Part shown: piece after piece, positions 8,687 to 17,295 of the stretch
How the letters are laid out: every line of letters begins with the position of its first letter
How positions within the stretch are numbered: the first letter of the stretch is position 1
Origin: Candidatus Micrarchaeota archaeon
GTDB taxonomy: Archaea > Micrarchaeota > Micrarchaeia > Norongarragalinales > SBBD01
DNA length: 64,000 nt
Direction: 5' to 3'
NCBI GenBank assembly: GCA_018819225.1
Contig: JAHJQN010000003.1
Span: forward strand, 160,001-224,000
The notes under the pieces: generated by a model
The model's input: the letters and a program-made list of their open reading frames with translations, nothing else
Databases searched by the model: none
What the model was told of the DNA's origin: nothing
Position numbers and translations under genes: made by a program

Positions 8687-10675
8687 ATGGCGTTTGCGGA
8701 ACTGGCAGTTTATGGCATAGCGGGAGGAGTGCTCGCGTTGATAGCTGCAGCGTATTATGCGCGATTCGTTCTCAGCAAGAACAACGGGACGCCTAAAATG
8801 CAGGAAATGGCTTCCGCGATTCAATCGGGAGCTGAAGCGTACCTCAAGCGACAACTCATAACCATTGCGTTGTTTGCAGTGATCGTAGCGGCATTGATTT
8901 GGTTTGGAATCTCGTCGTCCGCAGCCATTGCATTCGTATTCGGAGCCGCTGCATCGTATTTGGCGGGAGTCATCGGCATGAGCATTTCCGTGCGTGCCAA
9001 CGTGCGAACGGCCGAAGCAGCGAAAAAAGGCTTGAAACCCGCGTTGGATATTGCGTTCAAAGGAGGAGCGGTCACGGGTTTAACGGTCGTGGGACTCGGA
9101 CTCATCGGATTGGCGGGAGTCTACATGTATTTCAACGATGTTTCAGCACTCATTGGATTCGGACTCGGGGCCTCATTGATTTCATTGTTCGCGCGAGTCG
9201 GAGGAGGCATTTATACCAAAGCGGCGGATGTCGGAGCCGATTTAGTGGGAAAAATCGAGAAGGGCATTCCGGAAGACGATCCGCGCAACCCGGCGTTCAT
9301 AGCAGACAATGTGGGAGACAATGTCGGCGACTGCGCCGGCATGGGAGCGGATTTGTTTGAAAGCCTCGTCGTGACGCTTATGGCCACCATGTTGTTGGGT
9401 TTAGCGTTCGGAGAAGGATCATTGCTCGTCGTGCTTCCATTGCTGGTGGGAGCCATCGGAGCGGTTTCCGGAATCATTGGAATGCAGTTCGTGCAACTCG
9501 GTCCGAAGAAGAACATTATGAACGCGTTAAACAAGGGAACGTATGCAACGGTTATCGTGTTCGCGGCGTTATTGTTTATGGCGTTTGCATGGTTCGGAGC
9601 CCGCATCGAATTGTGGTATGCTGCGATAACGGGGCTCGCGTTGACGATAGCCATCAGTAAAATCACTGAATATTATACCGTCAAAGAAGGACAGCCGGTA
9701 AAAGAGATTGCGTTTGCCAGCCAGACCGGTGCGGGAACCAACTTGATTCAAGGACTTGCCGTGGGATTGCAGAGCACCGCGTTCCCCGTTCTGGCCATCG
9801 TGGCAGCGATTTTAATCGCGAACCATTTTGGAGGAGTGTACGGAATTGCGTTGGCAGCGGCGGCCATGCTGTCGACTACGGGAATCATTATCGCCATTGA
9901 CTCATACGGCCCGATCACGGATAACGCGGGAGGCATTGCCGTGGCGACCGGCATGCAGAAAAGCGTTCGCCGAATCACGGATGAACTGGATGCCGTAGGA
10001 AACACGACGAAAGCGACCACGAAGGGATTCGCGATCGCCAGCGCCGCGTTAAGCGCCTTGTCGTTGTTCGTGGCGTACTCGGAATCCGTCGGACTATCGG
10101 TCATCAACATCCTGGAAGCCCCCGTGGTCGCGGGATTATTCATTGGGGGATTATTGCCTTTCATTTTCGCGTCCTATCTCATGAAAGCCGTGGGACGAGC
10201 TGCATTCAAGATGGTGGAAGAAGTCAGACACCAGTTCAAAACCATTAAAGGCATCATGCAAGGAACGGCGAAACCCAATTATGCGCGCTGCGTGGATATT
10301 AGTACGTCAGCTGCTTTGAAGGAATTGTTTACGCCGGCGGTTCTGGCGGTTACGACGCCGTTGATCGTGGGATTCGCGTTCGGCGCGGCTGCACTCGGAG
10401 GATTGTTGGCCGGAGCCATCGTCACCGGATTATTGCTCGCGTTGTTCATGGCGAACGGAGGCGCGGCATGGGATAACGCCAAGAAATACATTGAAGACGG
10501 CAAGCTCGGCGGAAAAGGCAGTGACGCGCATAAAGCGGCCGTGGTCGGAGACACGGTCGGCGACCCGTTCAAGGACACCGCAGGACCTGCATTAAACTCG
10601 CTAATCAAAGTCTTGAATACCGTGGCGCTCATCGCGGCCGCATTGATTGCAGCGAACGCACCGTTGTTCATATAA
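8687..10675 (+). CDS. hppA: membrane-bound pyrophosphatase, K+-independent signature
   Basis: GGGIYTKAADVGADLVGK, EDDPRNP.IADNVGDNVGD and GDTVGDPFKDT motifs; GNTTK has Lys at the K+-dependence position. Confidence 0.95.
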   Translation: MAFAELAVYGIAGGVLALIAAAYYARFVLSKNNGTPKMQEMASAIQSGAEAYLKRQLITIALFAVIVAALIWFGISSSAAIAFVFGAAASYLAGVIGMSISVRANVRTAEAAKKGLKPALDIAFKGGAVTGLTVVGLGLIGLAGVYMYFNDVSALIGFGLGASLISLFARVGGGIYTKAADVGADLVGKIEKGIPEDDPRNPAFIADNVGDNVGDCAGMGADLFESLVVTLMATMLLGLAFGEGSLLVVLPLLVGAIGAVSGIIGMQFVQLGPKKNIMNALNKGTYATVIVFAALLFMAFAWFGARIELWYAAITGLALTIAISKITEYYTVKEGQPVKEIAFASQTGAGTNLIQGLAVGLQSTAFPVLAIVAAILIANHFGGVYGIALAAAAMLSTTGIIIAIDSYGPITDNAGGIAVATGMQKSVRRITDELDAVGNTTKATTKGFAIASAALSALSLFVAYSESVGLSVINILEAPVVAGLFIGGLLPFIFASYLMKAVGRAAFKMVEEVRHQFKTIKGIMQGTAKPNYARCVDISTSAALKELFTPAVLAVTTPLIVGFAFGAAALGGLLAGAIVTGLLLALFMANGGAAWDNAKKYIEDGKLGGKGSDAHKAAVVGDTVGDPFKDTAGPALNSLIKVLNTVALIAAALIAANAPLFI

Positions 10676-10701
10676 ATGAGTAAGGAGAGTGAAACCAACC
10701 T

Positions 10702-11310
10702 ATGTACAAACTCGTGACATTCGAAGACACGGTCCGCGTGCCGCCGGCCTTATTCGGCATGAAAATGAACCAAGCCGCCCAGCGCATATTGCGCGAGAAG
10801 TACGAGCGGGCCGTTGACAAGGGCCGGGGCATTATCCTCGGAGTCTTCAATTCAAAAATCAAGGGCGACGGAAAGATTCTGCCTGGAGACGGGTCCGCGT
10901 ACTTCGACGTACAGTACGACGCCCTCGTATTCAACTTGGAAGTGAACGAGGTCGTGGAAGGCGAGGTCAGCGAAATCGTGGAGTTCGGGGCATTCGTGCG
11001 AATGGGGCCCATTGACGGCTTGATGCACGTCTCGCAAGTCGCGAACGAGTTCCTGGCCTACGATAAAAAGCAACAGTGTCTCGTGGGAAGGGAAAGCAAG
11101 AAAACGATCCGGAAAGCCGATGCGTTGCGCGCGAAAGTGGCGACCGTCAGCTTCAAGGACACGATTCCGAACTCGAAAGTCGCGTTGACCATGCGTCCGA
11201 CGGGACTCGGAAAGCTCGCGAAAAAAGATGTGAAACAAGTCCCCAAAAAGAAAGAGAAGGCTGCTGAAAAGAAGGAAGAGAAAAGCGAGAAAGAAAAGGA
11301 ATCCAAGTGA
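10702..11310 (+). CDS. rpoE1: DNA-directed RNA polymerase subunit E' (Rpo7)
   Basis: DTVRVPP...EVVEGEVSEIVEFGAFVRMGPIDGLMHVSQ...LTMRPTGLGKL. Confidence 0.95.
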   Translation: MYKLVTFEDTVRVPPALFGMKMNQAAQRILREKYERAVDKGRGIILGVFNSKIKGDGKILPGDGSAYFDVQYDALVFNLEVNEVVEGEVSEIVEFGAFVRMGPIDGLMHVSQVANEFLAYDKKQQCLVGRESKKTIRKADALRAKVATVSFKDTIPNSKVALTMRPTGLGKLAKKDVKQVPKKKEKAAEKKEEKSEKEKESK

Positions 11311-11322
11311 AGGTGAATCCAT

Positions 11323-11505
11323 ATGATGAAAGCGTGTCGCACCTGCCGGCTTCTATTTGAAGGCGAAAAATGCCCGTCGTGCCCGGAATCCGAAAGCACG
11401 CGAACGTTCGAAGGCGCCGTGTACATCATCGACGTGGAACGATCCGAAATTGGAAAGCGCATCGGTGCGAAAGTGCCCGGTAAGTACGCCTTGAAGCTTA
11501 AGTGA
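11323..11505 (+). CDS. spt4: transcription elongation factor Spt4 (RpoE'')
   Basis: KACRTC...CPSC...IIDVERSEIGKRIG...PGKYAL; lies directly after rpoE1. Confidence 0.95.
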   Translation: MMKACRTCRLLFEGEKCPSCPESESTRTFEGAVYIIDVERSEIGKRIGAKVPGKYALKLK

Positions 11506-11515
11506 GGAGATAACC

Positions 11516-12037
11516 ATGAACATCGAAGTCATCAACGAGAAGGAAAACCCCTTGTTCGAACGCAAAGAAGTCGTCGTTAAAGTACCGGTTGAAAAGCAAA
11601 CGCCTTCCCGAAAAGAAGTCGTCGACGCCCTTTCCAAGAAGTACGGGAATTCCAAGGAACTGATCGTCATTGAAAAAATCGACCAGCGGTTCGGAGGAAA
11701 AGAGGCCACGATTTACGCTCGATTATATGATACGGAGAAGGCGGCACGGCAAGCCCCAGACTACTTGAAGGAACGCGGAGGGGTTGCCGCGCCCAAGAAA
11801 GAAGAAAAGAAGGCGGATAGCCAGCCATCATTCGAAGAACTCGTGAGCGGCAAGAAACCGGAAGCCCAGAAAGAAGCGCCTGCTGAAAAGAAGGAAGAAA
11901 AACCCAAAGAAGCAAAAGCGCCGGAAAAGAATGAGGAGAAAAAGGAACCTCTAAAGAAGGAAGAGCAACCTGCTGAAAAGAAGGCGGAAAAGCCAGCGGA
12001 GAAAAAAGCAGTAGCTCAAAAGGAAGAGAAAACGTAG
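11516..12037 (+). CDS. rps24e: 30S ribosomal protein S24e with long Lys/Glu/Ala-rich tail
   Basis: EKENPLFERKEV...TPSRKEV...FGG..A.IYAR.Y; conserved operon position. Confidence 0.92.
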   Translation: MNIEVINEKENPLFERKEVVVKVPVEKQTPSRKEVVDALSKKYGNSKELIVIEKIDQRFGGKEATIYARLYDTEKAARQAPDYLKERGGVAAPKKEEKKADSQPSFEELVSGKKPEAQKEAPAEKKEEKPKEAKAPEKNEEKKEPLKKEEQPAEKKAEKPAEKKAVAQKEEKT

Positions 12038-12048
12038 GTGAATGATTC

Positions 12049-12189
12049 ATGGCGGAAAAGAAAGGGAAAAAAACACTGAAACCGTATTCCCCGAGGCGGT
12101 TCTGCCCAAAATGCGGGTCCAGCAGTCGTTTGGGAGAACACGCGGACCGCAGGAGCTGCGGAAAATGCAAGTACATGGAAAAGAAATAA
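12049..12189 (+). CDS. rps27ae: 30S ribosomal protein S27ae
   Basis: Manual translation [46 protein letters not shown]; GGTGA SD; follows rps24e. Confidence 0.92.
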   Translation: MAEKKGKKTLKPYSPRRFCPKCGSSSRLGEHADRRSCGKCKYMEKK

Positions 12190-12281
12190 ACACTTCCATT
12201 TTTGATCGGCCTTTTTGAAAAGGGCGTGCCGGCCAACGCAAGTACATGGAGCAGAAATAAACCATTCCAGTTTTGGTCGAC
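12167..12281 (+). repeat. imperfect 44-bp direct repeat (period 71) of the rps27ae 3' end
   Basis: 12167-12210 vs 12238-12281, 37/44 identical by manual alignment. Confidence 0.85.
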
Positions 12282-12296
12282 GGCGCTTTATTCCGG

Positions 12297-13244
12297 TTAT
12301 AGCAGGGAATGAGCGGCGGGCTTCTTGGCGAACGGCGATACATCACCGATATCCATTACCCCGCAAACATACCGCACCAATCGTTCCACTCCGAAACCGA
12401 GTCCCACGGTGCGGGAGAGCTTGCCTTGACGGACGAGCTCTGAAAAAAAGCCGTAGTCTTCCAGGGACTGGCCGCGCTCCCTAATTTTTTTCTCGATCTT
12501 ATGTTGTTCATGCTCTCGCTCGGCACCGCTGGCCGCTTCACCGTAACCCTCCGGATAAATCAAATCGTAGTTGCGGTGAACGCCTTGCTCCTCCCGATCG
12601 TAAAACTCGCGAACGTGATCCGTGATCCAGAACATGTCTTGCTCGTACAAGGAAAGCGTGTCCTCGGCTTGCCGGCTGTTCCGGCCAAACCGCGGAACGA
12701 TCTCGCTCATGGAAAAACGCTTGAAAGGCCTTTGAGGCACGCGAAGCGTTCTCCCGAGACGGGCGAGTTCGATGGAATGGCTCCGCTTGACGTCCGATAG
12801 AATGCGAACCATGAGTTCTTCACAGAACGGAATGAACCGCTCTTGGTCACCGTGCCGGAATTCAATGTCGACTTGAGTGAACTCGATCAGGTGCCGGTCG
12901 CTATCCTTCAAATCCTCTTTCTCCAGACGCACGTTCGGGGAAACGATGTACAGCGCATCAAGATACGGGGACATCAAGGCCACTTGCTTATGGAAAATCA
13001 TGCTTTTCGTGAGCTGAAGCTTCTGGCCGTAATAATCGATGCTCGCGTCAATAACGGTATGGGCGAGGGGATCCGTTACAGGGGAAACGACGCTAGGCAA
13101 GAGTTGCACGACCTTTTTTTCGGCCATGAAATCGGATACGGATTTCAAGATCGTGGTCTGGATGGAAAGAATGTCACGCATTCGTTGCGAACGAAGCTTA
13201 TCCACGATTTTTTGAATAGGAACCGCAAATGAAATGGACTCCAT
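12297..13244 (-). CDS. asnA: archaeal asparagine synthetase A (AsnRS/AspRS-like catalytic core)
   Basis: SPVTDPL, LTKSMIFHKQ, SPNVRLE...RHLIEFTQVDIE, YDLIYPEGYGEAASGAERE, GFGVERLVRY; no anticodon-binding domain. Confidence 0.9.
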   Translation of the reverse strand: MESISFAVPIQKIVDKLRSQRMRDILSIQTTILKSVSDFMAEKKVVQLLPSVVSPVTDPLAHTVIDASIDYYGQKLQLTKSMIFHKQVALMSPYLDALYIVSPNVRLEKEDLKDSDRHLIEFTQVDIEFRHGDQERFIPFCEELMVRILSDVKRSHSIELARLGRTLRVPQRPFKRFSMSEIVPRFGRNSRQAEDTLSLYEQDMFWITDHVREFYDREEQGVHRNYDLIYPEGYGEAASGAEREHEQHKIEKKIRERGQSLEDYGFFSELVRQGKLSRTVGLGFGVERLVRYVCGVMDIGDVSPFAKKPAAHSLL

Positions 13245-13368
13245 AGGATAACCAAAACGCTTATAATGATGCTCCCTAATAACAATATTGACCAAAAAAT
13301 CGACAATTATAACATTAAACGATAGATTATCCATTGATTATCCGACATTTTGATTAAGGTGAGGTATA

Positions 13369-13806
13369 GTGAACGGAAAGGATGGGCGAATCCTGGAGAT
13401 ATTGAAAAACAACGGGCGAATGAGTACGGTGGAGATTTCTGGAAAAACAGGAATTCCGCGCGTGACCGTGCACGAGAGAATGAAAAAAATGCTCCATGCG
13501 GGCGTCATCCGAAAGTTTTCCGTTGTACCGGACTATTCGAAACTCGGACTCAACACGACGGCGTTCGTACTTGTCGGGTACGTTGACTCCGAGAATTCCC
13601 AGAGAGAGCTCGCCAAGAAAATCGGGGCCATGAAAGAAGTATATGAAGTGCACATTCTGGCAGGGGAATGGGATTTGCTGCTTAAAGTGAGGGGGAGCAG
13701 CATTGAAGACATTGGCGGACTCGTTGTGGACCGAATACGGAAAATGGATGGAGTCGGGCGTACGGAAACCATCCCCTGTTTTACAACCGTCAAGGAAGAA
13801 GGTTGA
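13369..13806 (+). CDS. Lrp/AsnC family transcriptional regulator
   Basis: D.RIL..L..NGR.S...IS...G....TV..R...M...GVI HTH; AGEWDLLLKV RAM domain; divergent from asnA. Confidence 0.9.
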   Translation: MNGKDGRILEILKNNGRMSTVEISGKTGIPRVTVHERMKKMLHAGVIRKFSVVPDYSKLGLNTTAFVLVGYVDSENSQRELAKKIGAMKEVYEVHILAGEWDLLLKVRGSSIEDIGGLVVDRIRKMDGVGRTETIPCFTTVKEEG

Positions 13807-14534
13807 TAACGGACATGTGGGTGGCTCGGTTAAAAGTGTGGCATGCGAACTCGTATACTGCGGAGAAAACCGCGCGGTTGAACGCCTCCTACCTCGTCTA
13901 TAATTTGAATGCATTCGAGCATAACGGGGAAACGTGGATCGCGCGCGTCGCCTTTGTTTCAGGACCGGACGCGGACAAACTCATCGAGATGTTCTACAAT
14001 GATACGCGTCTCGTGGTCGAACAAGTAAAAGGCCGGCAAGTTTTCTTTTCTCATCTCGCCAAATCCGCGTTTCATCACGGATTATTGGACAAACACGTAT
14101 TCTTTCTGAAACCGAATATCGCGATTCGGGGAGAGGAGTATTGGACCGTTGCCTCCTATCGGAAAAAAAACATTCAAGACCTCGTGGAAAAATTGAATGG
14201 AAATAAAAAAGTGTCGCGTTGTGAAATGCTGAGCCTCAAGCCAGAACCCGTGGATGTGTTTGAAGCCGGGCTTTTCGAGCATTTGACCGACAAACAGAAA
14301 TGGGCGTATCAATCCGCATTCCGATACGGGTATTACCGGTATCCGAGAGAACACGATGTCGAGGAAATTGCGAAAAAACTCGGGGTTCCGGAAAGCACGT
14401 TCCGAGAACACTTGAGGAAAGCGGAAAGCAAGCTGCTTTCGGGGCTGCATACCTGGCTGCAACCCGAAAACGAGTACCTCACCATCCATAAAAAACTAAA
14501 CACCCGCGCTATCGCGGCTAAATTCCTATATTAA
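13803..14534 (+). CDS. regulator with C-terminal HTH_10 (Bat-like) domain
   Basis: LTDKQ...AFRYGYYRYPRE...EEIAKKLGVPESTFREHLRKAESKL. Confidence 0.85.
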   Translation: MITDMWVARLKVWHANSYTAEKTARLNASYLVYNLNAFEHNGETWIARVAFVSGPDADKLIEMFYNDTRLVVEQVKGRQVFFSHLAKSAFHHGLLDKHVFFLKPNIAIRGEEYWTVASYRKKNIQDLVEKLNGNKKVSRCEMLSLKPEPVDVFEAGLFEHLTDKQKWAYQSAFRYGYYRYPREHDVEEIAKKLGVPESTFREHLRKAESKLLSGLHTWLQPENEYLTIHKKLNTRAIAAKFLY

Positions 14535-14592
14535 GGTATGATTATTGTTTACTCCAAAGAGCAGGTCGGTGTAGACCGTGGGGGTAAGTGAC

Positions 14593-14709
14593 ATGGCCGT
14601 TGAAGTGATCGTAATCATCGTAGCCGTATTCATCGTATGGCAAACCGTGCGCGATTGGAAGCGCCAAGAAAAACGAACACTTTATAGAACGAAAGAGATT
14701 CGGTACTAG
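14593..14709 (+). CDS. small single-TM protein (38 aa)
   Basis: MAVEVIVIIVAVFIVWQTVRDWKRQEKR...; G-rich SD-like sequence upstream; fills the gap between genes. Confidence 0.45.
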   Translation: MAVEVIVIIVAVFIVWQTVRDWKRQEKRTLYRTKEIRY

Positions 14710-14722
14710 GGGGAAAGGCGTT

Positions 14723-16258
14723 ATGAACGATTGGATATTAAAAAACGAGGAAGAGGGAACCAGCGTATGGACATTGACCACGTTCATCCCCATGTTTCTT
14801 TACGATTTGAAGAAAACCGTAGGCAAACCCTTGCACTGCAGCATGGAATTCGAAGGCACGCGCATGCGATGGTACCCCTCCAAAACAGAAAGCGAGCAGC
14901 TCTCCATCGAACTCGTCGAAAAACTGAAGAACCGCCCCATCATTTCACAAACAAGCCGGAAAAAACTCGTGAACGATTGCGAAAAATTGAATGCGTTTTC
15001 GCAGGCATTATCTCAGAACACGGGCGATTTAACGAATGAAGAGATTGGGGAATATTTTGAGAAACACCACCTCATTCTGCGAGGAGTGCTGGCCGAAGGA
15101 ATGATCACCACGCTGCCGGATTTCGGGGAAGGAAGGTACGTGAGCTTTCTCGAAGCTTTTTTGGAAAAACGCATCCGCGAAAAAAAGCTCGGCAAAAAAG
15201 CGCCGGAATTACTGGCGGAATTGACGTATGAATCCGGGGAAAACATCCAGAAACAAGAGCTCAAGGCCCTATTGGAACTGGCGGTTGAGATCCAAAAGGC
15301 AAATATAGGCGGCACGGATCCGGAAAGGCTCGAAAACGAACTGAACCGACGACCGGAAATCAAGAAACGCCTTTCCGATCACGTGAAAGCGTTCGAGTGG
15401 GCCTATTTCGGATATACCGGCCCGGTGCTCACGGAAAAAAAAGTGTTGGAAGAACTGGCGTTAATGCAGAAAGAAGAAAAACACGCGGAAAAAGAACTGG
15501 AACGAATGAAAAGAGAATCCATTCAAGCAGAACAAAAGAAGAAAGAGGCGCAGAAGGCACTGGATTTGAGTCCACGCGAACGGGAATGGTTTCAAGTGGC
15601 ATCGGATGCCGTGTTCACCAAAACGTATCGACGGGATGCCACCACTTATTCGTTCTATCGGATGACTCCGTTACTTCGGGAAGTGAGTCGGCGGACGAAA
15701 ATGCCGCTTGAGCGCGTGCAATGTATTATGGCGGGGGAAATGAATGAGGTGCTCGAGAATCCGAAGGCTTGGGAACCGGAATTGAAGGCGCGTCAAGAAT
15801 ACTGTATTTGCACGGCAGAAGGAGAGGCACCGCGCATGTACTCCGGAAAGGAAGCGAAAGCGTATGCGAAGCGCTTCATTCCCGTTGAAAAAGTCGAGGA
15901 CGTGAATGAAATCGTTGGGAAATGCGCGTGCCCGGGAATAGCCGTCGGAAGAGTGCGCGTTATCGACACGCCCACTGAAATGCACGGAATGAAAAAAGGC
16001 GATATCCTCGTTTCCACGGCGACTCAACCCGATATTGTACCGGCCATGAAAAAAGCAGCGGCCATCGTGACCAACATCGGAGGCATTACATCTCATGCGG
16101 CCATCGTTTCAAGGGAATTGGGGGTGCCGTGCGTCATCGGAACGCGCATTGCAACCAAAGTACTGAAAAACGGGGATCTCGTGGAAGTGGATGCGACGAA
16201 CGGCATCGTGAAGAAAATCAAGGAATGGCCGAAAAAGGAAAAGACTATATTCCAGTAA
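14723..16258 (+). CDS. PEP-utilizing enzyme mobile (phospho-His swivel) domain protein
   Basis: C-terminal G.A.GRVRV...GDILV...T.PD...M..AAAIVTNIGGITSHAAIVSRELGVPCVIGT; large helical N-terminal part with no ATP-grasp or PEP-binding barrel. Confidence 0.85.
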   Translation: MNDWILKNEEEGTSVWTLTTFIPMFLYDLKKTVGKPLHCSMEFEGTRMRWYPSKTESEQLSIELVEKLKNRPIISQTSRKKLVNDCEKLNAFSQALSQNTGDLTNEEIGEYFEKHHLILRGVLAEGMITTLPDFGEGRYVSFLEAFLEKRIREKKLGKKAPELLAELTYESGENIQKQELKALLELAVEIQKANIGGTDPERLENELNRRPEIKKRLSDHVKAFEWAYFGYTGPVLTEKKVLEELALMQKEEKHAEKELERMKRESIQAEQKKKEAQKALDLSPREREWFQVASDAVFTKTYRRDATTYSFYRMTPLLREVSRRTKMPLERVQCIMAGEMNEVLENPKAWEPELKARQEYCICTAEGEAPRMYSGKEAKAYAKRFIPVEKVEDVNEIVGKCACPGIAVGRVRVIDTPTEMHGMKKGDILVSTATQPDIVPAMKKAAAIVTNIGGITSHAAIVSRELGVPCVIGTRIATKVLKNGDLVEVDATNGIVKKIKEWPKKEKTIFQ

Positions 16259-16386
16259 TTTCAGTAAAGAACAGCGATGCGCATGGAACCGGGAATCTTC
16301 GAACTGGCCGCCCTCGTATTCATCGTCGCTGCGGTCTTCAGCGATAAAATCAGGGAAAAAGCCTTATTCGGCAAATATCAAGGCAA

Positions 16387-17295
16387 CTAGATGTGCAGCT
16401 TCTCGCGGTAGTGATTAAAGCGCGCTTCCACGTCTTCTGAAGCAATGGATACCAGCCCGTTCACGCTGAAATCCTGAACGCAGAACGAACCCATAATCGT
16501 GCCGTACGCGAGCGCCTCCTTCAACGTCTTCTCCTCCACTTTATTCGATCGGGCCAGGTGACCGAAGAAGCCGCCGCCAAAAGAATCTCCGGCGCCCGTC
16601 GGATCCACCACGGAAGACAACGGAAATGCCGGTAAGGGGAACACGAAATCCTTATAGAACAAGATGCTGCCGTTCTCCCCTTTCTTGATCACCACGAGCT
16701 CCGGCCCCCATTCCTGAATCGTGGAAGCGCATTCAAACAAGTTCGGGGACTTGCAAAGCATGCGCGCCTCAATATCATTCAAGACCATGCCGTCCACTTT
16801 AGCCATCACTTTCCTGAGCGCGGGCTTTTGCGTCTCAATATAGAACTCAATCGTATCCATGAGCGCGAAACGCGGCCGGCAGTTCTCCAGCATCTTCAAT
16901 TGTTTTGCGGGTTCGAGCGTTCCCAAGTAAAGAAAAGGGGTTTTGCGCAACGAATCGGGAACCACGGGATCGAAATGCGCGTACACGTTTAATTCCGTGG
17001 CGTGCGTCTTGCGCGCGTAGTAATCGTAAGAGAACTCGGAATCGAAAAACATGGTTTTTCCTTTCACGCGTTGAACGCCTTGGAGATCGATGTGGCGGCT
17101 CTCCAGCAACTTCCAATGCGCTTGCGGAAAGTCTTTACCCACGACGCCAATGAGTGCAACGGGACAAAAGTGTGAAGCGGAAAGGGAAAAATAGGTCGCC
17201 GCTCCACCCAAAACGCGTTTCATGGTCTTGAACGGGGTGCGCGTCGTATCCAATGCAATGCTTCCAGTTCCCAGAATCACGTACACCCACCTCAT
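16387..17295 (-). CDS. PfkB family carbohydrate kinase
   Basis: GSIALD...LGGAATY and DPTGAGDSFGGG signature. Confidence 0.9.
   Translation of the reverse strand: MRWVYVILGTGSIALDTTRTPFKTMKRVLGGAATYFSLSASHFCPVALIGVVGKDFPQAHWKLLESRHIDLQGVQRVKGKTMFFDSEFSYDYYARKTHATELNVYAHFDPVVPDSLRKTPFLYLGTLEPAKQLKMLENCRPRFALMDTIEFYIETQKPALRKVMAKVDGMVLNDIEARMLCKSPNLFECASTIQEWGPELVVIKKGENGSILFYKDFVFPLPAFPLSSVVDPTGAGDSFGGGFFGHLARSNKVEEKTLKEALAYGTIMGSFCVQDFSVNGLVSIASEDVEARFNHYREKLHI

Noticed and set aside
12297-13334. Second, truncated AsnRS/AspRS pseudogene
   Set aside because: Intact ORF with the motifs of archaeal asparagine synthetase A; the upstream extension to 13334 is AT-rich promoter DNA.
14723-16258. 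PEP synthase (ppsA) or rifampin phosphotransferase
   Set aside because: Only the His swivel domain is recognisable; ATP-grasp and PEP-binding domains are absent.
16277-16390. Small TM peptide MRMEPGIFELAALVFIVAAVF...
   Set aside because: Plausible, but short, overlaps the pfkB stop and has no clear SD; insufficient support.
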